A DNA stretch of 64,000 nt. It comes from Candidatus Heimdallarchaeota archaeon (GTDB lineage Archaea > Asgardarchaeota > Heimdallarchaeia > JABLTI01). The notes under the pieces were generated by a model that was not told the origin of the DNA, searched no databases, and saw only the letters and a program-made list of their open reading frames with translations. Below are positions 10,021 through 17,695 of this stretch, one piece after another. The stretch covers positions 1-64,000 of the forward strand of contig JAHLVW010000045.1 in the NCBI GenBank assembly GCA_019058275.1. Reading direction: 5' to 3'. Every line of letters begins with the position of its first letter. Position 1 is the first letter of the stretch. Both the position numbers and the translations under genes were made by a program.

Positions 10021-10855
10021 TAATGATATTGAAATCGAAATAACTTCAACAGATCTAATTATTGATAATAAAAAAGATGAGTCTATAGATAAGCAAAAAC
10101 CACCAAAAAAACCGGAAAAGAAGAAACAATCACAAAAAGATAGTGTTGAGAAATTATTGTGGAATGTTGCAAAGAAATACAAAACACTTTTGGATAAAGG
10201 AATTGTACCACAGATTTCTGAAAGTGAAGAAGATAGAATAGAGGTTTCGGATGCATATCAAGAAATTGAAAACAAGAGACATAGACAACTCGATGCTAGA
10301 GTCTATCAATCTCTTACGAAAATGCAAAAAACAAGAGATTCAAAAATCGCTCTAGAAGGAACAACTGAAAGAGACCGATTAAGAATGATTGCTTGGGAGG
10401 TTAAGATCAGAACGCAAGCAATTGTATTCTTTCCAGGTGATAGTACTCTTGATATGAACATGTTTAATGCTTATGATCACACTGGAATTCAGATAATTGA
10501 AGGTGATGAGAAGGAAATTCTCATTGAAGATGATATAATAGAAAATAAGGGAATTGCAATTCTAGAATCATTACCATTACGAAAACTAACAAAAGAACAG
10601 AAGGGAAAATTGAAGCAAGAATTCTTGAAGAAATTTCGTGGAAAACGATTTAAAATTACTGAATTGGAAAACAAAATTGACAGCATATCTGCTGATTTAA
10701 TTTCATTACTAGTTAGAGAAAAACAGATACTGCTTCTAAAGAGAGAACAAAATATTGTAGAAATAATGGCTTATCCAGACAAGCTAACTGAATTTAAAGA
10801 ATCAGATCTTTTAAGTCGATCTATAGTACTAACTCCTAAAAAAACAAAAAATTAG
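10007..10855 (+). CDS. Putative kleisin (Nse4/ScpA-like)
   Basis: Overlaps the SMC stop. N-terminal helical region KKYKTLL…AYQEIENKRHRQLDARVY is reminiscent of Nse4; acidic linker; C-terminal WH-like LISLLVREKQILLL. Confidence 0.5.
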   Translation: MLDDNNDIEIEITSTDLIIDNKKDESIDKQKPPKKPEKKKQSQKDSVEKLLWNVAKKYKTLLDKGIVPQISESEEDRIEVSDAYQEIENKRHRQLDARVYQSLTKMQKTRDSKIALEGTTERDRLRMIAWEVKIRTQAIVFFPGDSTLDMNMFNAYDHTGIQIIEGDEKEILIEDDIIENKGIAILESLPLRKLTKEQKGKLKQEFLKKFRGKRFKITELENKIDSISADLISLLVREKQILLLKREQNIVEIMAYPDKLTEFKESDLLSRSIVLTPKKTKN

Positions 10856-10858
10856 CAC

Positions 10859-11500
10859 ATGATTGGGGTGAAAATTGTGATAGAAAATCATATGGATAAT
10901 AAAGAGCAAAACGAGAAAAAACCAAGTGATATCGTTAAAGAACGATTAGAGGAGGATTTCGGAGATGTTGATCCTCAACTATTTATTGCATTAACATCTC
11001 GATGGCGTAGAGAAAACAGGTCACTAGCATTTGGAGTATCAAAAAGACAATTGAGAAACAAAACGGGATTGACTTTACTTGAACTTGAAATGTATTTAGA
11101 AGAGTTTGGGAAGAAAGCAAAAAGGCTAGGTTTAGAGCTAATATCTTATATCGTTGACAATGAAGTTTGGTATTGTTTAAGATCAATTTATGTTGTTCCT
11201 AATGAATTGACACTAGATGAGCAAGCAGTACTAGGAACGATTATTTTTTTGATAGAAAGGTCGAGGGATAATCGAAGAAGGGAAGAAACACCTGTTACTT
11301 CAACAATTCTTTTTGATCGTTTAGTAAAACGTGGTTATTATTCTGAATATTCATTAACAAAAATAGTGCGAACATTAGATACAGCTGGTTATATAAGAAG
11401 AAGTGGCAATAAAATTAGATATGGATCTAGAACAAAAATAGAGATTTCACCAGAGAGAAGAAAGGAGATAGCTGATAGAACTGAAGGAATGCTTCTGTGA
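10859..11500 (+). CDS. KITE protein (tandem winged helix, Nse1/Nse3-MAGE-like)
   Basis: LGLELI and LGTIIFLI helices, LDTAGYI, and IRYGSRTKIEI matching the MAGE/Nse1 G-x-R-xxx-E motif; third gene after SMC. Confidence 0.7.
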   Translation: MIGVKIVIENHMDNKEQNEKKPSDIVKERLEEDFGDVDPQLFIALTSRWRRENRSLAFGVSKRQLRNKTGLTLLELEMYLEEFGKKAKRLGLELISYIVDNEVWYCLRSIYVVPNELTLDEQAVLGTIIFLIERSRDNRRREETPVTSTILFDRLVKRGYYSEYSLTKIVRTLDTAGYIRRSGNKIRYGSRTKIEISPERRKEIADRTEGMLL

Positions 11501-11523
11501 ACAAGAACTAAGGATGGAAAGAA

Positions 11524-12009
11524 ATGGCAGTTATAACCACATCAACAGTATCAGTCCGATGCGCAGGACATAATGGTAGAGCTACTTTGAGAGAAGCTGT
11601 TGATGGTGGGTGGAGAATGTGTCGAATATGTCGAACATTCATCTGCCCCAAATGTATACAAGAATTTGATCTAAAAATGATGGGAGCTTGTCCCTCCTTT
11701 ATCTTTGGTATAGATAAACACCAATTAAGTCCTGGTCCTATTCCTGTAGAAGAGGTTATTTTGTATGTGGAATCCAACAAACCTGATGGAATAACAGGGG
11801 GATTATTGGAATCATTATTTTTTGAGGATGAACAAATGGGATTTATGCCATTTTATGCTGCAGTAGAAACGAAAGAAGAAGAAGATGATGATGAGGATGA
11901 ATTAACTCTCGAACCTCCAAAAATACAAGAAGAAATATGGTCTTCATTTGGGTTTGTAATGACCAAACGAAGACGTGGTAAATTCATTACTTGGGAGAAA
12001 ATTGGTTAG
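11524..12009 (+). CDS. RING-like Zn-finger protein, putative E3 ligase
   Basis: CxxH…CxxC-x4-CxxC…CP…H ligand pattern, acidic tract, position in a Ubl operon. Confidence 0.6.
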   Translation: MAVITTSTVSVRCAGHNGRATLREAVDGGWRMCRICRTFICPKCIQEFDLKMMGACPSFIFGIDKHQLSPGPIPVEEVILYVESNKPDGITGGLLESLFFEDEQMGFMPFYAAVETKEEEDDDEDELTLEPPKIQEEIWSSFGFVMTKRRRGKFITWEKIG

Positions 12010-12031
12010 CTTTACATTTGAGTGATGAAAG

Positions 12032-12628
12032 ATGAACAGCAAAAACAATCTTGCAGGGAAAAAGAAGCCGAAGAAAAATCTAGCTGAGATATATGGTGAA
12101 TCCAAAGAACAAACAAATGCTGAAACAGAAGATGAAATCACTAAAGAAAAAATTTATCTAGTATATATCCTTCATAGAGTCGTTTATGAGACTTTGTTAT
12201 TATGCAAAAAAGCTGACCCAAATGAAGCTATAGGTGTCCTATTAGGATACAAGTATCAATACGAAGATCAAAAATATGTTAAGGTTGTAGATTGGGTAAC
12301 AGGTAAAGCATACCAAAGTCATGCATTTGCGGAATTTACTCCAGATGGAGTAAGACAATATACAAGTATAATTGAAGAAAAGTATGGAGACAGTGAGAAT
12401 CGTCCAAAAATTGTTGGAATATTTCATTCCCATCCATTTGGTTCAAACCCACATTTTTCAGCAACAGATTACAATACCTTCCTAAATTTCCCTTATGATA
12501 CTGAAAATAATGTCTTTGTTTTAATCGATCCCCGTTCAAATTATTATAAATCGTATATTGTGGTCATTGATGAAAAAGGCATGAAGGATTTAAAGGAAGT
12601 AGATTGGGTAGAATACAATCCAAAATAG
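12032..12628 (+). CDS. JAB/MPN+ (JAMM) metalloprotease, deubiquitinase-like
   Basis: EAIGVLLG and VGIFHSHP-x7-S-xx-D-type motif (HSHPFGSNPHFSATD). Confidence 0.92.
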   Translation: MNSKNNLAGKKKPKKNLAEIYGESKEQTNAETEDEITKEKIYLVYILHRVVYETLLLCKKADPNEAIGVLLGYKYQYEDQKYVKVVDWVTGKAYQSHAFAEFTPDGVRQYTSIIEEKYGDSENRPKIVGIFHSHPFGSNPHFSATDYNTFLNFPYDTENNVFVLIDPRSNYYKSYIVVIDEKGMKDLKEVDWVEYNPK

Positions 12629-12644
12629 CTAGACGTGATCTAAA

Positions 12645-13577
12645 ATGACTGATGAGAAACCAGCAACAAAAGGAAATCCATCAATAGATGCGAAATATGG
12701 AGCAAATGCATCTGCAAAGAGCAATGAGTTGCTAAGTATTGGTTTCTTTGAGGAAGACATTGAAGATAGAACTAGAAGATATTTTGGAATAGAAAATCTA
12801 CAGAAAATAAAAGAAAGTACAATACTTTGTGTTGGAGCTGGAGCAGTAGGAAATGAAATCTGTAAGAATCTGGGTATGCTTGGTGTAGGACATATTAGAT
12901 TAGTAGATTTTGATATTGTGAGTAAATCAAACATAAACAGGTGTATCTTTTTTAGACCAGGAGATCACAAAGAAATTTCCAAAGTTAATGCATTAGCAGA
13001 AAGACTGCCAGAGGTTGCTCCAAATACGAAAATAACTCCATATGAATGTCGAATTGAAGAAGCTCCACTAGAAGTCTATCAAGCTGACCTAATTATAATG
13101 GCATTAGATAATGATTATGCAAGATATATGCTGAATTATGGAAACTTAATGCAAGAACAACCCATTCCAATAATTAATGGTGCTATGGGTAGATCATTTC
13201 TGGAAGTCCAAGTATACCATCCAGGTAAATCTGCCTGTCCGGTTTGCTTGTGGAGTGAAGATTATTATCGAGCGATAATGAACCATCAAGTTGCCTTGAA
13301 TTGTGATGAATTCTTTATTGAAACGTTACCAAAATTCCCAATGATAAGTACCCTAACCTCTATTGTAGGGGGAATAATGTCCGTCGAAGCAACTAAAGTG
13401 CTAATAAGTAGAGATGAAAAGGGTACGTACTCGGATGTTACCAAAGGTCAAGAACCTAACTTCGGTAAAATGATTAGATATGATCTAAGGAATCATGAAT
13501 TTATATTCGGAGATATATTAGCAAATCCAAAATGCGTAGATGTAACTTGCAGAGCAAGAAGAAGAAATAAAGTATAA
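12645..13577 (+). CDS. E1 ubiquitin-like activating enzyme (ThiF/UBA)
   Basis: GAGAVG, DFDIVSKSNINR, ALDN, Zn ligands CPVC and C-terminal Cys pair, candidate catalytic Cys in ALNCDEF. Confidence 0.92.
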   Translation: MTDEKPATKGNPSIDAKYGANASAKSNELLSIGFFEEDIEDRTRRYFGIENLQKIKESTILCVGAGAVGNEICKNLGMLGVGHIRLVDFDIVSKSNINRCIFFRPGDHKEISKVNALAERLPEVAPNTKITPYECRIEEAPLEVYQADLIIMALDNDYARYMLNYGNLMQEQPIPIINGAMGRSFLEVQVYHPGKSACPVCLWSEDYYRAIMNHQVALNCDEFFIETLPKFPMISTLTSIVGGIMSVEATKVLISRDEKGTYSDVTKGQEPNFGKMIRYDLRNHEFIFGDILANPKCVDVTCRARRRNKV

Positions 13578-13671
13578 TCTCACATCGGTAACCACATCAG
13601 AAGTCTGATGTAGTACTAATGATGCAGAGATAGCATCAACTATACAACTAAGCTAAAGATGTGAACAAACA

Positions 13672-13983
13672 ATGAGCGAAGAAATATGGCGTGAAATTAT
13701 AATCGACGTTGAGCCAAGACAAAAAGAGTTTAGAGTAGCAGTTGAAGAAGAATCAACAATTGACGAAGTAGTGAAAACCCTAGTACAACGATGTGTTGAT
13801 GAAGGGGTTGACATAAACAAATGGGCTAAAGAAAAGGTAGGACAACCAAATGTTAGCTTTATACTCATGCGTAAAATGACAGGAAATACAGCCTTACCAC
13901 CAGCCACAACATTTGGTTCATTGGAACCAACACTAGAATCAAATGAACGATTCAAATTAGATGCTTGTGCTCAAGTAGGATAA
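13672..13983 (+). CDS. Ubiquitin-like beta-grasp protein
   Basis: 103 aa, between E1 and E2, beta-beta-alpha pattern (STIDEVVKTL), C-terminus …LDACAQVG. Confidence 0.75.
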   Translation: MSEEIWREIIIDVEPRQKEFRVAVEEESTIDEVVKTLVQRCVDEGVDINKWAKEKVGQPNVSFILMRKMTGNTALPPATTFGSLEPTLESNERFKLDACAQVG

Positions 13984-14088
13984 GAATCTTGAATTTGAGT
14001 GGGATGGAAGAATACAAAGTAAAATTATGTATTTAACCTCATCCCCCGCTTATTATTTCCAAATAAAGAGAAGAAAAGGTGAAAAAAA

Positions 14089-14844
14089 ATTTCCAGGACA
14101 AACTTTCCTGCAACGGTAGTAAATGCAAGAATTGCTGAATCTATTTCAGTATTTTATGATTCAATGGAGGAATTCTTCAAGAAAAAAGAATGGAAATGGA
14201 CTCCAATTAGAAGAACAGGTGACAAATGGATTCAGGAAGACTATTCAGTTGAAATAAGGGGTAGATACAAAGACGGTGCATATAGAGACATATTATTCTC
14301 AATAAGAAGAACACCGGGCTTAACTGGACAATCAAACAATAGAAATCATCTAAATGTGGGATTTGAACATAAATTCTCAATATACTTACCAAGGGAATAC
14401 CCCGCAAACCTTTCTCATATCAAAATGAGAGCTGTGACTAATTTATGGCATCCTAGGATTTCTATGGGAAGACATGGTGAAGCTTGCATTACAGTTAATG
14501 GTGAAGTAGATAGAATACTAGTTGACATTTTATATCATATACTAATGGATCCTAAAAGAATACGACCACCAAAACTGTATCCTAAAGAGGATTCAGGAAT
14601 GAATACTATGGCTATGCGTTGGTTTGAAAAGGATGCAAATAACGTCCATAATATGATGCAAGCAAAATGGGATTCAGTTCATGATAAAGCTTCTATTAAA
14701 GAAAGTGGTGGAATAAAAATCATTGATGGCGAAAAGCAAGAGAAAATGAAAACAGAAGACGAAAGAAGAACAATTCGAATAATGCCTCGAGAAGAGAAGA
14801 AAGAAGACAAAAAGGAAAAGAAAGGAGGTGTTAGAATCATATGA
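14089..14844 (+). CDS. E2 ubiquitin-conjugating enzyme-like protein with low-complexity tail (track start 14164; probable ATT start 14089)
   Basis: LPREYP and LWHPRI…GEAC (catalytic Cys). Frame is open back to 14083, with RBS GGTGA at 14078-14082. Confidence 0.8.
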   Translation: MSRTNFPATVVNARIAESISVFYDSMEEFFKKKEWKWTPIRRTGDKWIQEDYSVEIRGRYKDGAYRDILFSIRRTPGLTGQSNNRNHLNVGFEHKFSIYLPREYPANLSHIKMRAVTNLWHPRISMGRHGEACITVNGEVDRILVDILYHILMDPKRIRPPKLYPKEDSGMNTMAMRWFEKDANNVHNMMQAKWDSVHDKASIKESGGIKIIDGEKQEKMKTEDERRTIRIMPREEKKEDKKEKKGGVRII

Positions 14845-15137
14845 AACAAAAGAAGACTGAGCTAAGTAAAGAGGAATCATTGGATTTTGCATATGAGGTT
14901 AGCTCCTTAAGTAATGATGAGGAAACAATTGATGAAATATTCCGAGAGAATGATTTAATGGAGGAATTTGAAGAGGAAGTTGAAAAACCAAGTACAATAA
15001 AAATCATCTCTGAACGAGCTATGGAAATAAAAAAAGTTCCTCCACCAAACTATTCACCTTATTTTAGATGTATTCTACATTTCAGAGGAAAGAATATCAC
15101 AAAAAGAAAATTGCTGAAAACTGAAGGACAACATTAG
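14841..15137 (+). CDS. Small acidic/basic hypothetical protein, last gene of the SMC-Ubl operon
   Basis: ATGA overlap with E2; GGAGGTG RBS upstream. Confidence 0.65.
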   Translation: MKQKKTELSKEESLDFAYEVSSLSNDEETIDEIFRENDLMEEFEEEVEKPSTIKIISERAMEIKKVPPPNYSPYFRCILHFRGKNITKRKLLKTEGQH

Positions 15138-15289
15138 GCATCTAATTCTTATTTTTGTTGAATTTTTATCTTATACTTTCCAAAGATTCAAAAATCAATT
15201 GTTTTCATCATTTATATCTGAGTAAAGATAAAAGAGATTTAAACCGATATAAGAACGTGAAAATCGATTATTATAGGAAGTTGATAATT

Positions 15290-17011
15290 TTGCCAAATGA
15301 AGTAATACTTGATGAAGCTGGTCTATCATTTGAAGATGTATACAATATCGTGAAAAAGAATTACCACTTGAAGTTATCTGATGCTGTGAAAAAGAAAGTA
15401 AAACTAGCAAGAAAAGCAATAGAAAAAGCAGTTGAATCAGGTCAGAAAATTTATGGTATTACTACTGGTTTTGGCGCATTAAGAAATATAATCATTCCTG
15501 AAAAGGATGCTGCAAAATTACAAACAAACCTAATACGAAGTCATTCTGTTGGAGTTGGGAATCCTGCTCGAGACGATTATGTAAAAGCAATGATGGTACT
15601 AAGAGTTACAGCTCTTGCTCGAGGGCATTCTGGATGTCAGTTAAAAACGTTAAACAATCTTATTCAAATGATTAACAAAAACACATTGCCAATTATCCCC
15701 TTAAAGGGCTCAGTTGGTGCTAGTGGTGATCTTGCACAATTGTCTCATATGGCACTTGCAATGATTGGCGAGGGTAAAGAGAATCTAAAAATTAATGGTA
15801 AGATATTTGACGCTAAAGATGGTTTGGAAAAAGCTGGTATCCCAATAACAAAACTATCATACAAGGAAGGATTAGCATTGAATAATGGTGCTCAATTCTC
15901 TGCTGGAATAGCTTGTATGGTTTTACATGACGCTCATAATTTATTTAAGAATGCCGAAGTTGCTACTGCTTTGTCTATGGAAGCTTTGAAAGCAGCTTAT
16001 CAGCAGTTTGATGATAGAATTCATCAAGCGAGAAATCATCCGGGACAAATTGATGTAGCAAAAAAAGTTCGCGAACTTACAGAAGATAGTATTTTTGTAA
16101 AGTTGCATGAGAGTCTTTTCACATGTAAAACTGAAAACTGCGGATATTATTATGATAAACAACAAGGAGATTCCACACAGAACATTCCACCAAACACTGA
16201 GTTTGTCAATATATCAACTGGTTGGACATGCCCAAACTGTGGAGGTCTCAAAAATAATTTTGAGAAACAATGGCCGAAAATACAAGATGATTATTCAATA
16301 AGATGCACTCCACAAGTATTAGGTCCTGCAAAAGAGACCTTGGAATTCGTTAAAAGTATTATTAGTCGAGAAATTAACGCTGCTACTGATAATCCATTGA
16401 TCTTCATTATTAAAGAAGACCCCTTAGAGTTTGACATTTATTCTGGAGGGAATTTCCATGGAGAACCAATAGCAATGACAATGGATTATTTGTCTATAGC
16501 AATGGCTGAAGTAGGTAACATTGCTGAGAGAAGATGTGCGAAGCTAATTGATGATAAAAGAAATGATGGTTTGAGCCTCTTTTTAATTCCAAGGAGTGAA
16601 CTGGGACTAAACAGTGGTTATATGATGCCACAATATACTGCTGCTGCTCTAGTGTCAGAGAATAAAGTAATGGCAACCCCAGCATCAGTTGACTCTATAC
16701 CAACATCAGATGAAGCAGAGGATCATGTCAGTATGAGCCCAATAGCTGCAAGAAAAACTGCCACAATACTAGAAAATCTCCAATACATCTTAGCAATTGA
16801 AATGATGCTAGCTGTTCAAGCAATTGATTTACGATGTGAAATACAGAAAATCCCTCCAGAAAAAGCTTTAGGAAAACAAACATACAAGGCATATAAAACC
16901 ATTAGGTCAGCTGTACCAAAATTGGTTCAAGATAGGATAATCTATCCAGATATCAATAAAATTGCTGAACTAATAAGATCTGGAAGTATTGTTTCAAAAC
17001 TTAAACATTGA
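15290..17011 (+). CDS. hutH: Histidine ammonia-lyase with inserted rubredoxin domain (track start 15155; likely TTG 15290)
   Basis: YGITTGFG, LIRSH, MIO motif GSVGASGDL, QDDYSIRC, GGNFHG, EDHVSM. Confidence 0.9.
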   Translation: MPNEVILDEAGLSFEDVYNIVKKNYHLKLSDAVKKKVKLARKAIEKAVESGQKIYGITTGFGALRNIIIPEKDAAKLQTNLIRSHSVGVGNPARDDYVKAMMVLRVTALARGHSGCQLKTLNNLIQMINKNTLPIIPLKGSVGASGDLAQLSHMALAMIGEGKENLKINGKIFDAKDGLEKAGIPITKLSYKEGLALNNGAQFSAGIACMVLHDAHNLFKNAEVATALSMEALKAAYQQFDDRIHQARNHPGQIDVAKKVRELTEDSIFVKLHESLFTCKTENCGYYYDKQQGDSTQNIPPNTEFVNISTGWTCPNCGGLKNNFEKQWPKIQDDYSIRCTPQVLGPAKETLEFVKSIISREINAATDNPLIFIIKEDPLEFDIYSGGNFHGEPIAMTMDYLSIAMAEVGNIAERRCAKLIDDKRNDGLSLFLIPRSELGLNSGYMMPQYTAAALVSENKVMATPASVDSIPTSDEAEDHVSMSPIAARKTATILENLQYILAIEMMLAVQAIDLRCEIQKIPPEKALGKQTYKAYKTIRSAVPKLVQDRIIYPDINKIAELIRSGSIVSKLKH

Positions 17012-17043
17012 TATAATTTTTCTCTAGCAAGAAAGTAGAATTA

Positions 17044-17397
17044 TCATCTGGCCCATAGTGTTATAGCTACTGCAGCATCTTTATCAGATACTTCCATTAA
17101 TTTGGCGGATTTAGCTTTGATTTTCCTTTCCGTTTGATATAATTTAAACAGATTAGTGAATTCTTTCTTTGTAATATTTAATTGTACAATATTCTCCTTT
17201 ACATTAAATTGAGTAGGTGAAGCAATTGGCATAGGGAAAATTCTATTTCTAAAAAATAGATGTTTAATCAAAATAACTGCAAAAGGTTTTGTTTTCTCCA
17301 AATTTTTGATCATTATATCATCTATTCTTATTATCTTACCTAGTTTTTGCCCATCTCTATCAATAACTGTCTTTGAAATCAAATTCTTATAGCTAAT
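17044..17397 (-). CDS. PRC-barrel-like protein (paralog 1)
   Basis: LISKTVIDRDGQKLGKIIRI. Alignment with the paralogs suggests an ATT start at 17397. Confidence 0.65.
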   Translation of the reverse strand: MSYKNLISKTVIDRDGQKLGKIIRIDDIMIKNLEKTKPFAVILIKHLFFRNRIFPMPIASPTQFNVKENIVQLNITKKEFTNLFKLYQTERKIKAKSAKLMEVSDKDAAVAITLWAR

Positions 17398-17537
17398 AGA
17401 AATTCCTCAAATTACTATAGGACATTATACTTTATATTTAATTACTAATACAGAGAGATTTTTATTCCCAAAGAATAACAAATAATATATCTTCAAAAAA
17501 TTTTATTAAGCTCTGTTCTGCAGAAAGAACAAGAAAA

Positions 17538-17611
17538 GCCGGGATGGTGTAACGGTAACATTTGGCACTGTGGATGCTAAGCCGAGAGTTCAACTCTCTC
17601 TCCCGGCACCA
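17538..17611 (+). tRNA. tRNA-His(GTG)
   Basis: Acceptor GCCGGGA/TCCCGGC, anticodon loop CTGTGGA, TTCAA T-loop, encoded CCA. Confidence 0.95.
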
Positions 17612-17695
17612 ATTCCAAATTTATTTCTTGAATATTAATTTCTCACTAAATTATTCAATCAATATTTTTATTATTGGATAAGAGTAATATCACTC

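Noticed and set aside
7015-11500. Wadjet (JetABCD) or Rad50/Mre11 interpretation
   Set aside because: No Toprim JetD or Mre11 nuclease, no Zn hook, and the gene order and motifs fit Smc5/6 better.
12645-13983. ThiF/MoeB-ThiS/MoaD sulfur-carrier pair
   Set aside because: E2, RING-like and JAB genes are present, and no thiamine or molybdopterin genes are nearby.
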